Below are positions 52,966 to 64,000 of a DNA stretch of 64,000 nt, in pieces. Every line of letters starts with the position of its first letter. Position 1 is the first letter of the stretch. The notes beneath the pieces are model-generated. The model had not been told where the DNA came from. It saw nothing but the letters and a program-made list of their open reading frames with translations, and did no database searches. The position numbers and the translations under genes are program-made. The stretch comes from Gnetum montanum (taxonomy: Eukaryota; Plantae; Gnetophyta). The DNA lies in assembly GCA_015680685.1 (NCBI GenBank), contig MNCI01002152.1, positions 497,344 to 561,343 on the forward strand, written 5' to 3'.

Positions 52966-53154
52966 ATTGGGTGTTTTTTCATTTTTTTTGTATTTTTGTT
53001 ATATGATATGGATGACCATGCTATGTACTATTATTAATATGAGATATTTTGGCCATTTTTGCTATGGGCATGTATGATGTGTAGATTTTTGCATTTATTT
53101 CTTATGTGTTTGATGCTAATGATGCAATGAATTAATGTGACTAAGTTATAGTGA

Positions 53155-53400
53155 TTGCTAGTTTTAGATCATTTTAGGTTGTGTAAGTAGATAGCATGTT
53201 GGTAGTTTTAGGCCATCTTGGGCCCTAGTGATAGTTTAAGGCCTTTTTGGGCCATGCAATATAAGGGGGATTGCTAGTGTTAGGCCATAGTGGGTTGTGG
53301 TGTTAGTTTAAGGCCTTTTCAGGCCATGCAATGTAAGGGGGATTGCAAGTTTTAGGCCATGGTGGGCTATGGTGTTAGTTTAAGGCCTTTCAGTGTCATG
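53155..53400 (-). repeat. Repeat array A1 of E3
   Basis: TAGTTTTAGGCC / TAGTTTAAGGCC units. Confidence 0.75.
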
Positions 53401-53618
53401 CCATTTTTTTGTATTTTTTATGCATTTTAAACTTAAGAAAGTAAAAATGTAAATTAAGAAAAACTCCACAAACAAGAGAAATAAATGTGCAATGAGGCAA
53501 ATAATGAAAAAATGAAAAAAACTAACTAAATGTAAAATACAAGCAAAATGCAAAAATGCGGAGGATGTATAAGTGGAGGTAGGTAGGCACCTAGTGCATG
53601 TTGGACTAAGGGGATACC

Positions 53619-56600
53619 TTAGTTGTGTAGTTTCTTCCTAATCTGATGTGGGTTAAGTGGCACATTGGGCCTAGATGATATGATGCAATAGTCACCTTGA
53701 TCTTCATTAGCTATGTCGAAGGGCAACTCTACCCACAAAGCGTCCTCTAGGAGGTCATTGGCTCCCTTTGGTTTCTCAAGTTTCTCTACCTTGCACATCT
53801 CAATGTCATCCTTCATGAGAGGTACATCAGTAGGGAACTCCATTTTTTATCCTTGTTCGACATCAATGTTACTAATAGTTAGATGGGTTGCATTATCGCC
53901 ATAGATGATAACCTATCCACCTTCGTATGGAAGGTGGATTTCTTGGTGGATGGGGAAGGAGATGGCCCACATCTAAGCTAACCAAGGTCTACCCAAAATA
54001 AGGTTGAAATCTGGCATCTTCTCAATCACAATGAACTTAGTGGTAGTGGGGAATTTCTCCCCTACCACAAAGGCTATCATGACTATTCCCCTTATGACAA
54101 TGTGAAAAACATTAAAGGATTTTAGGCATGCTATATTTGTTGGTTTGACTTTGTCAATAAGACCCAAGTTATCGATGACTGTGTATGGGATGATATTAGT
54201 TTCCACCCTGTCACCGACATGCATCCTATATATCCTACACTATCCCATGCAAATTGTGATAAACATTAGTGTGGTAATAACTTGACCTTTCTTAGGGTCT
54301 ACCATGATTGCCTCATCACGAAATGCTAAGAATGTTGAACTTAGTTCCTGTGAGGGCAAGGTTGGAAGTAACATCATAGCATGAATGGATTTCTCATCTA
54401 CTAGAATGTCCTTTGTGATAGGAATAGAGGTCAACATGTGAACTAGCACTTCGCAGTGGGTAGAGGAAGTCATTATCAAGTCATATAGGCTTAATGTTGT
54501 ATTTTTTTATTTTAAAGCCTATTTGACTTGCACCAATGCATTAAGGAAATCTTTACTACTATCTACTTCCTTGTTGTTGGCCTTGATCTTCTCCTTATGG
54601 CCTAAGAGAAAAATCTCTCATGAAGGAGATTTGGGCTTTGCCTACTTTTCTTGCTTTGGAGCTTTAGTGCTCCATTGTTGGTTGCTAGTTGTAGTGTGCT
54701 CTTTAGTTGGTTGGGCCATTGGGATAAAGAACATAGGGAAAGGCTTTGGTGGGCCTTGTGCCCTTTGCTCCTAGTGCTACCTAAGCATTTGATTGGTGAG
54801 GCACTCATTGGGCCTCCCAAGTTACCATCTTGATTACTTGTTGGTATTGTTGCGAGATTGCTCCTTGGGTGAATAGGAACTAATGCATTTCCCATCATCA
54901 GACTCCAAAGAGGTGGGGAGACCACATGCTGCGGAACCCTTATGATGAAGGATGATTAGGCTATTACTACTACAATGTGCTACGAGGCCTTGACAACAAA
55001 GGATGTTATGGGTGCCCGAGGTGGTTCCCTAATAACAAAAGGGATTCTCAAACTAGTTGAGGATGAGGAGGCCTTGATGTTGCCAAAGGATGCATGAACC
55101 ACAAATGGTTCCTACACTGATTCTAAATCATCATCAATGTTGATGGTGTTGATGATGTACCATGTACTACTTGCATTAAGAGGATCCTTGTAAAACCCCA
55201 TTGATTAGTTTTGGAGGTGCATTGGGTTGGTTGCATTAAGGACTAACTCATCCCTATCAATCATGCATTGTATATTGTCTTGCAATGCCATGCAAAAGTC
55301 TATCTTGACCTTGTAATTGGTGATATTGGCAAAATTGTCAAACTTGAAATGCCTAGGAACTGGAGGCTTGTTTAGCAATGCAACTAAAGGATTCTTGGGG
55401 AGCTCACAATATCAATCATTCCACTTGCAAATGTCCTCAAGCATCTACTTATATTGGATGCATCTAGAGTGAAGTAGTTGGTCCAATAGCTCTAAATGCT
55501 TAATGGGAAACAATGTGTATTTTAAGTGATCCTTGCACTTGAAGTTTTCCCTTAAGATATTTGGTTTCATGGGCATTGATGATGCAGGCTGGTTGTTTGC
55601 CACAATGCTAGAGCCAACTACCTTGCTATTTTTGGCTGAGCCTTTAGATGGCTTGGCTGTTGGTTTACTGTTGTTTGGCTTAGCCTTGTTGTCCATCATT
55701 TCTACTATTGTGGTTACCTGCTTGTCCTTGTTCTTGTACTTTTCTTTCTTTGCATACATGTTTTTGTAAGCCATGTAGGCTTGATCCTTACTATCTTCCA
55801 TTGCATCCTAAATGCTCTTGGTTTGAGTGAATGCTTAGCTCAAGGACTACAAGGCAAGGTAATATAGCTTTGACTTAATGAATTCATTCACTACATCTTT
55901 CAAAATGGCTAGAAGGTGTGTTTCCGTGATGGGATCATGGATTTCATTAAGTGACATGCTCCAGCATTGGATGAATTTTTGCATAGGCTCTAAGTGGCCC
56001 TACTTAACTTGCATCAACTAATCTAGGATCACCTAAAGCTTCAACTTGTACTTGAAGCACATAACAAATTGGGTGAGTAACTCCTCTAGAGAAGTAATGG
56101 AAGCTGTGGGAAGTGCATGGTACCAATCCATGGCCTTGCTGATCAAGGACATGGCAAACACATAAATGATGTCATGTGGCCATACTCACAGTAGAAGGCA
56201 TTTAGACTAGAAGGTCACCAGATGGGAATTAGGGTCTTCTTCACCATTGTATTTGATGAATTAGGGTAATGGAACCTTAGTGGGTAGTGCTAGTGGTGGA
56301 ACCATAGGAATAATTGAATTGTCCTAGTAAAATTTCATCACATGGATGGTTTCAAAGGAGGTGGCCTTAAGCCACTTAACCTCTTTTATGAGGCTTTGGA
56401 TTAGCTAGAATGCTTGATCCTAGCTTGGTGCGATTGTGGCAGGCTATGTTGGTTGTGCTGCCCACTATGTTATCTAGGTGGCCAATGACCCAGCTCTAGG
56501 TTATGTGACCACATGCAATTCTTGTTGTGTGGGCTATGAGATAGACACAATGCTTGGCCCCCACCACATGTTTGTCAATTGGGCCATCGTGAAGGGTGCC

Positions 56601-57400
56601 GACATAATAGGTAGTGGGACAATTGATACCTAAGCCATATGTGGCTAAGAGATGTGAACAGTGTGCACATAAGGTTGTGTAGGCGCAATGGTTAATGCTA
56701 CAGAAGGATGAAAAGGATGAATAGACTACATATACTAGATGGAATAAATAGGCTAGATAGGCTATGAAGGCTGTATAAGTTATGAAGGTGTGACAAAAGG
56801 CATGGTGAAGGAAACGCTGAAGGAAAGTGCAACCTCCTAGTGCATCTATTGCATTTGGTAAGTCACCATCATAGGCGAGGACCTAGGCAATGACACCTAG
56901 TTGAAAACTATCTCCAAAATGATAAATTAGTGAGATAGTGGAGGTACAAAAGTAGAGTTTGTCTACTAGAACAATGTGTGGAATGAGTTTTCATGCACAG
57001 ATTAAGCTTGGAACTCATCTAGGTCCTCCTACAGGGGGTTCTCATAGTCGATCCTTTCCTCATGAATCATGTTTTGGATAAGGTTGGCTAGCATCCATTG
57101 GTAGGCCTCCATGACTAGAATAAAGTCTATATTAGAAGGAAACCATTCCCTCTCACCATGATGGATAAGCTCAAAAGTACATTTGGCATCCATTTATAGG
57201 TAGTCTATGTACAAACTTGCTTGGATCTTCATGCAAACAAAGTTATATTGCTTATTGTTGAGCACTATAAACTTGGGAGATAGGTTGCACTACCTGAAAG
57301 ATTGCCTTTCTACTAGGATAGGAACTTCAGCCATAGGAAGGTCAATCATGATCTCCAACTAAATGGGTTGGATAACAATTGTGCTTGAAGCGAAGGTCAA
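53619..57400 (-). pseudogene. gag: E3 gag-protease (decayed)
   Basis: FIKYNGEEDPNSHL, capsid region, knuckle region at ~55310, MHVGDRVETNIIP..FNLILGRPWLA. The start is approximate. Confidence 0.85.
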
Positions 57401-57483
57401 AGCTTATTTAGGGTTCATTGTACAAGGAGGAAATGCAAAGATTGTTGAATGCAAAAGGAAGGAAAATGACTAACTTTGCTAAC

Positions 57484-57632
57484 TAAAAAAATGGCTAAGT
57501 GTAGAAATGTAGAAAAAACTGCTAAGTGTGAAAACACTAAAAAATGGCTAAGTGTAAAACATAGAAAAAATGACTAAGTATAAAAATGTAGAAAAATGAC
57601 TAAGTATGAACTGTTGAAAGATGGCTAACTCT
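57484..57632. repeat. ~25-28 bp tandem repeat in the E3 5' UTR
   Basis: AAAAAATGGCTAAGTGTAGAAATGTAG-like units, about 6 copies. Confidence 0.75.
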
Positions 57633-57805
57633 AGGACTACGCTAAGAGCTAACTACACTCACTACAATGTGAACTGCTATGCTCTCCTAAGAACCCAGAA
57701 TTTGGAAGGGTTCCAGGGGAATCGATGACAAGGACTAATCTGCATGGGGTGTAGAGAGCATGCAAGGTAATAACCAAGGGAGTCCAAAGAAGGAAATGAC
57801 AAAGG

Positions 57806-57822
57806 CCCTCCTTCTATCACTA
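57806..57822 (-). other. Primer binding site, tRNA-Asn (E3)
   Basis: Minus strand TAGTGATAGAAGGAGGG, 6 nt after the LTR end. Confidence 0.7.
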
Positions 57823-57828
57823 GAAAAT

Positions 57829-59514
57829 TGTAGTGACTAAAAACATTAGAGGCTGGAATGGTACACCAAGAGTTTTATGATCATACAGCCTTGACCCCAT
57901 GTCCACATGAGGGCCTACTAGAAAATAGAGGTAGGGTGCCTAAAACAATCTTGTCAAATGAACTAGGACATATAAGTGTTATGAAAAAATGAATGCTAAG
58001 GGTTTACATGATGTTTGCAATGTTTGTGATGCCTAGTGGAGTTAGCATAGTTAGGGTTTTCGATGCAAAACAAGGGTGCAAATGTGTGAATATGTGCAAA
58101 ATAGTAAAAAACATTATAAGAGTAGAATGCTAAAATGCAAGATAAAATGCTAAAAAATATGCAAGATGTGAGTGAGAGAGAAAGCAGCACCACCCTAAAT
58201 GGGGGGAGCGTAGTTAACTGCAAGTAAAAGATGAGGAGGTACATGGTGTACATATAAGCATAGTAGGCAGCATAGTCATAGTCTCAAGGTGGTTGGGCTA
58301 CAAAAAATTAATGTCTGCTATGAAGTTTAAGCCTACCGAGTTGGCCATCAAGGTGTCCTATGGGCTACGGTGGTCTACACTGTGCTAGATGATGTACAAT
58401 GGTGTTGTGGTATCTCAAAGTTTTCCAAAATGCCAAGTGTTCTTAGATGCCAAATGACAAAATGCTCATTGAATGCAATTATTTCCAACCAAATGCTTCA
58501 AATGTCAATCCCTAGAACATCAAACACTAGGGTATTTATAGGGCTAGAGATAGGACAAATTGTGGATCAGGCACCAAATGGCAAAGAGATAGTTGGGACT
58601 ACACATGCCCTAACTACACTTCCACTAAAGCAAATGGTCTTATTTTGGTGTGCTTCAATGGACCCTGTGAGATTGCCAAACCATGACTACACTGCCAAGA
58701 CTGCAAATGCAACTGTCAAAAAAATTACCAAGTATCTAAAAATAATATAAAATAGTGTTGTTTTGGAGACTATGCTCCATGACTACACTGTCCACTCCCT
58801 CGAGTGGTGTTAATCATAGGTATAATGTAGGGGCAAATGCAGGGTACAAATGGAATGCAAATTACTAATCTTGCTTTCCAAAGAAATGTTGGAGCTGAGA
58901 TGCCAATTGATGCTAAGTTCTGAAGGCTTTTGGAGGTTGTTTTACATGACTATGCTGAGTATGCTCTAGAGCATAGTCCAATAATTAGGCAAATTTTGCA
59001 AAACTTGAGTTTTAGTGCTAACTATGCTGACTATGCTCTAGAGTGGTCCTAGTAGTGAGAGTATAGTTATGGTAGTTAGAAAATTTTTGCAAAAGTGATG
59101 TCTTCATGAAGACTACACTAACTATGCTCTAGAGCATAGTAGGGAGCATAGTCACAACAGTTAGAAAATTTGCCAAAATATTTCTTCCATCCCAACCTAC
59201 CTTGATAGCTTCTAGCTTAACTCTTAAGTAAATTTCCAAACTAGTCATTGGTGTGCAGAATACAGTAACTATGCTCTAGAGCATAGTCTTGGTAGGGAGA
59301 GTGTATTCCAACACTTACAAAAATCTATAGCTACTGTCGACACTTAGAAAAATCTTGCAAAACATAACCTCCTATGTCAACTACATTGACTACACTCTAG
59401 AGTGTAGTCCCAGTAATGGGAGCATAGTTTCATCACTTGGAAAATTTTGCCAAGTTTTGACACTTAGAAAAATTTGTAGTTGAAACTTGAGAGCCCAAAT
59501 TTGCTGGTGTTTCA
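57829..59514 (-). repeat. E3 5' LTR (1686 bp)
   Basis: Minus strand TGAAACACC...CTACA; TATA at ~58535; adjacent PBS and TSD. Confidence 0.92.
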
Positions 59515-59519
59515 GTAAC

Positions 59520-60170
59520 CAAGGCACCTCTCTTTATAACCATAGGGGTTTGGAAATATGAAGTACATAAAGTACATGTAGATGATGGGGTAGTAATCAA
59601 CATCATATCTCATACCATTGTTGAATTCTTGGGCCTAATAGAATAGATGCACCATATGACGACCTCATTCCTTAAACCACTTAATGAATCATAAGTTGCA
59701 GTTAAAGGCTCCATCTCTTTAGATGTTGTGGTAGGGGAGCAATTCACTATAATGATAGATTTCTTGATGGTAGAAGAAACACCAAGATTCAACATTATCC
59801 TCAGAAGAACTTGGCTAGCCTAATTACAAGTTGTGTCTTTGCTATTCACCAAGAGATTCACTTGCCTTACAAGGAAGGTAAAATAATCATTCATGATGAT
59901 AGTGCAGTTCCCTTAGTTGTTACCAATGTTGATGTCAAATAAGGGTTTGAAGTATATTTTTAGGAAGAAACTCCTACCTTTGGCCACATAATCGAAAAGG
60001 TTAATGAAGCCAATGAGACCAAGATGAACAATAAGAAATCCATTGATGCATCATGGGGAGAGCTTCCCTTCAACATTGTCAATGAAGGAGATGGGGAATA
60101 TAAACTGATGCAAAATAGACCATACACATTTCCTAGTCTCTCAAAAATTAGGAAGCACTTGGACAAGTGA
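59520..60170 (+). pseudogene. E1 protease, copy B, 3' part
   Basis: KAPLFITIG..VHVDDGVVINII..FNIILRRTWLA..WGELPF..IRKHLDK*. Confidence 0.8.
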
Positions 60171-60354
60171 TATACATTCCTAAGCCTTCTTATACCCTAT
60201 GCACTTATAGCACTGTAACTATATGTACTTATAGCCCAATAGCCTAGTTTATACTTTACTTACTTTTCCATGTGTTACCATGTTTTCCTTTACTTTGAAT
60301 CCTTTATTTTCCTATAGCTTAGAAGTTTACCATTTTTTTTACATTCTTTTACTA

Positions 60355-61305
60355 TTGAACCCTATGGAAACACATGCACAACCTTCAAGAAAGAGTGCCA
60401 AGACAAGACACAAATATTGAAGACCTTTAGTCCCAAAATGACTTTCTTTCGACTCGGTCATGGAGAGATAGTACTTGATGGACTATAAAGATTGATAATG
60501 CTAGGTACTAGTTAACTATTCGGGGCAAGAATAAGGCCACCTAGTTGATCATTGAGTAGCTGCTACAGATGGATTTACTTGCCCAAGAAAATAAAGATTA
60601 AAATAATTTTAGCAATAAGGTGTGCAAGTGAGGGAAAATGCAAAAGAACCGCAAACACCACTATAAGAGTGAGCAAGATTCATATCTTTTGTAGCTCAAA
60701 GAAGAGTCCATCGATTGTCACTACCTTGAGATGCTTTTTTAGATGATTAGTAGGAGATGGGCCTTTGAGATATTTTCTCACCACATGGTAATTAGTAATT
60801 CCCAAGAGCAGAAGATCTTCACACCCTTAGGAGAGGCTTCATCTATCACATTTTCCATGTATTCATCCACATGGATCACTGTGGATAAAGGCAAGACCCT
60901 TATAGGGTTTTACTTTGGCTAGGAGGATTGGACATAGCTATCTGAGGTTGAGATCCTCTAACATTTAGAGGAGGATCTTGATAGGCTGCTTCCAAACATG
61001 GTCAATTTGGGACCCTCTTAGGTTATTTTTTTATGTTGTTTTCATGATTTTGATGTTAGTTTGTATATGGTACATTTTCTTATAGGTTGTCATGTATTTT
61101 TGCATTGCTAATAGGCACCAGGCAATGTTGCAAGTTGCAGCAGTGTAGTACATGAAGATGAACCTCCACCCCCACCTTGTACCATTGGTTGAGCACATCT
61201 AGATGTAGCCCTACAATTCAAAACCAGTGGCATAGCGGATGAAGATGAACCTCCACCCCCACCTTGTACCACTGGTTTAGCACATCCTAATGTAGCCTTG
61301 CTATT
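60355..61305 (+). pseudogene. E4 antisense cassette, last two exons
   Basis: Homologous to 52015-52965, including the donor at ~61022 and the acceptor at ~61094. Confidence 0.7.
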
Positions 61306-61489
61306 GGGCATCTTTACATTTTTTGTGTATTTTGTTGTATGATGCAAATGATCATGCTATGTACTATTATTGATATGAGATGTTTTGACCATTTTTTCTA
61401 TGGGCATGTATGATGTGTATATTTTTGCATTTATTTCTTATGTTGTTAATGCTAATGATGTGATGAATTGATGCAACTAAGTTATGATT

Positions 61490-61665
61490 ATTGCTAGTTT
61501 TAGGCCATCTTAGGCTACATAAGTAGATAGCATGTTGGTAGTTTTAGGCCATTCTAGATCCCAGTGCTAGTTTAAGACCTTTTCAAGCCATGCAATGTAA
61601 GGAGTATTGCTAATTTTAGGCCATGTGGGACCATGTTGTTAGTTTAGGCCCTTTTCAGGCCATGC
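61490..61665 (-). repeat. Repeat array A1 of E4
   Basis: TAGTTTTAGGCC units as in 53155-53400. Confidence 0.7.
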
Positions 61666-61893
61666 CATTTTTTGGTAATTTGAATTTTGTGATTTTTCTA
61701 CATTTTAAACATAAGCAAGTGAAAATGTAAATTAAGTGAAACTACACAAACAAGAGAAATAAATTTTCAATGAGATAAATAATGCAACAACACGATCTAA
61801 CTAAATGTAAAATACAAGAAAATTGCAAACAAGTGAAGGATGTAGAAGTGGAGGTAGGCAAGCACCTAGTGCATGTTGGACTAAGGGGATCCC

Positions 61894-64000
61894 TTAGTTG
61901 TGTAGTTGCTTCCTAATCTAATGTGGATTAAGTGGCATATTAGGCCTAGATAGTACAATTTAGTACTCATATTAACCTTTTTTAGCTATGTCAAAGGGAA
62001 AATTTTCCCACAAAGCATTCTTTGGAAGGTCATTCGCTCCCTTTGGTTCCTCAAGTTGGTCTACCTCACACATCTCACCCTCATCCTTCACAAGAGGTGC
62101 ATCATTAGGGAACTTCATTTCTGATCCTTGTTCAGTGTCAATGTTGTTAAGAAGGAGAGGGGCTATAGTGTTGCCATAAATAATAACCTCTCCACCTTCA
62201 TATGGAAGGTGGATAAGGAAGGAGATGGCCTATAGCTAGGCTAACCAGGGTCTACCCAAAATAAGGTTGAAACCTGGCATCTCCTCAATCATAATGAACT
62301 TAGTGGTGATGGGGAATTGTTCCCCTACCACAAAGGCTATCGTGACTATTCCCCTTACAATAATGTGTGAACCATTCAAGGATCTTAGGCATGTTATCTT
62401 TGTTGGTTTGACTTGGTCAATAAGACCTAGCTTGTCGATGACTATGTATGGGATGACATTAGTTGACACCCTGTCATTGATGTACATCCTACAAATCCTA
62501 CATTGTCCAATGTGAACTGTGATAAACATTAGCATGGTAATGAATTGACCCTTCTTAGGGTCTACTATGATTGCCTCATCACAAAATGCCAAGGATGTTA
62601 AACTTGGTTCATATGAGGGCAAGGGAGAAGGCAACATCATAGGATGGATGGATTGCTCGTCCATTCGCATGTCCTCTATGAGAAGAATGGAGGTCAACAT
62701 GTGAACTAGCACTTCATAGTGGGTATAGGAAGTTATTATCAAGTCATACAAGATTAATGTTGTATTTTTTTATTTTAAAGCCTGTTTAACTTGCACCAAT
62801 GCATCAAGGAAATCTTTGTTGTTGTCTATTGCCTTGTTGTTGGCCTTCATCTTCTACATGTGGCCCAAGAGATGAATCTCTCATGGAGGATATTTTGCCT
62901 TTGCCTACTTTGCTTGCTTTGGAGCCTTAGTGCTCCATTGTTGGTTGCTAGTTGCTATGGCCTCTTTAGCTAGTTAGGCCATTGGGATAGAGGACAAGGG
63001 GCTTTGGTGGGCCTAGTGCCCTTTGCTCCTAGTGTTGCCTAAGCATTTGATTGGTGAGGCACTCATTGGGCCTCCCAAGTTACCATCTCAATTACCTGTT
63101 GGTATTGGTTGTAGGATGGGGCCTTGGGCAAACAGGGACTGATGCATTGCCCACCACCATACTCCAAATAGGGGGGGAGTTCACACATTGCAACACCCTT
63201 ATGACAAAGGATAATTAGGCTATTGTTACTACAACATGCTACAAGGCCCTAACCAAAAAGGGGGTTATGGATGCTCGAGGTGGTGTCCTGATAACAAAAG
63301 GGATCCTTGAATTGGTTAAGGATGAGGAGGCCCCAATGTTGCCAAAGGATTCATGAAGCATGAATAATTCCTACACTAATTTTGAGTCATCATTAATGCT
63401 AATGGTGTTGATCATGTACCCTATACCACTTGCATTAAGAGGATCCTTGTAAACCCCCATTGATTGCTTTTGGAGGTGCATTAGGTTGGTTGCATCAAGG
63501 ACCAACTCATCCCTATCAATCATGCATCGTATATTGTCTTGCAATGCCATGAAAAAATCTATGTTCATGACCTTGTAATTGGTTTTATTGGAAAAATCAA
63601 TCATATCTAAAATGCTTAGGGATTGGAGGCTTATTTTGTAGTGTAGTTGAAAGACTCTTGAGGAGCTTGCAATATCAATCATGTTGCTTGCAAGAATCCT
63701 CAGGCATCTACTTATACTAGATGCATCTAACATGAAGTAGTTGGTCCAAGAGCTCTGAATACTAAATGGACAATGATGTATACTTTGAGCGATCCTTGTG
63801 CTTGAAGTTTGGCTTTAGGATAGCTAATGTTGTGGCCATCAATGATGTAGGCTAGTTGTTTGCCGTAGTGCTAGAGCTAGCTGCCTTTCTATTGTTGGCT
63901 AAGGCCTTGGATGACTTGGCCATTAGTTTAGTGTTTTTTGGCTTAGCCTTGTTGTCCATCATTGCTACCATTATGGTTTCTTTCTTGCCCTTGTTCTTGT
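61894..64000 (-). pseudogene. gag: E4 gag-protease, 3' part (decayed)
   Basis: MYINDRVSTNVIP..FNLILGRPWLA; ALQDNIRCMIDRDELVLD. Confidence 0.82.

Larger units (their letters stand above)
21880..59514 (-). mobile_element. E3: full-length Tat-clade Ty3/gypsy element (~19.65 kb excluding nested E2), TSD GTAAC
   Basis: GTAAC at 21875-21879 and 59515-59519; TG..CA LTRs; PBS, PPT, gag-PR and RT-RH-aRH-INT. Confidence 0.92.
13092..60354 (+). mobile_element. E1: Tat-clade LTR retrotransposon remnant (outermost), interrupted by E3 at 21879/59515 and 3'-truncated
   Basis: LTR start TGAAACACC as in E2/E3, tRNA-Asn PBS and gag-PR. The reading NGEVT|KAPLFITIG continues across the E3 insertion. Confidence 0.75.
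60355..64000 (-). mobile_element. E4: truncated E3-family element (gag C-terminus, PR, array A1, last antisense exons)
   Basis: Colinear with E3 ~52015-55740; runs off the window end. Confidence 0.85.

Noticed and set aside
61108-61347. ORF with GGGGGSSS repeats
   Set aside because: It is the reverse-strand reading of the duplicated DEDEPPPPP exon.

Overview
No host gene is visible. The window is heavily CG/CHG-deaminated plant repetitive DNA made almost entirely of nested Ty3/gypsy LTR retrotransposons. (A) 1-5234: 3' part of an Athila-like element with gag and protease but no RT/RH/IN, ending in a TGATGAG..CTCATCA LTR. (B) 5235-13091: poorly resolved AT-rich remnants plus a decayed env-like/Transposase_32-like extra ORF. 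(C) A three-level nest of Tat-clade elements with a tRNA-Asn PBS; the two intact ones have pol order RT-RH-aRH-INT. E1 (+) starts at 13092, carries two tandem gag-PR units and resumes at 59520. E3 (-, 21880-59514, TSD GTAAC) sits in the E1 gag-PR. E2 (+, 21965-39944, TSD GAAGG) sits in the E3 3' LTR. (D) E4 (-, ~60355 to window end) is a truncated E3-family copy. The most unusual feature is that E2 and E3, which are diverged families, both split gag-PR from RT-RH-aRH-INT with a 5-7 kb spacer. That spacer holds a conserved multi-exon ANTISENSE gene cassette with a candidate TATA box and several shared intron positions, bracketed by TAAACTAGCA repeat arrays. Family-specific palindromic motifs are multiplied in the LTRs and in the cassette's non-coding parts. 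All reading frames are now pseudogenised. Everything was read and aligned by eye; no database searches were run.
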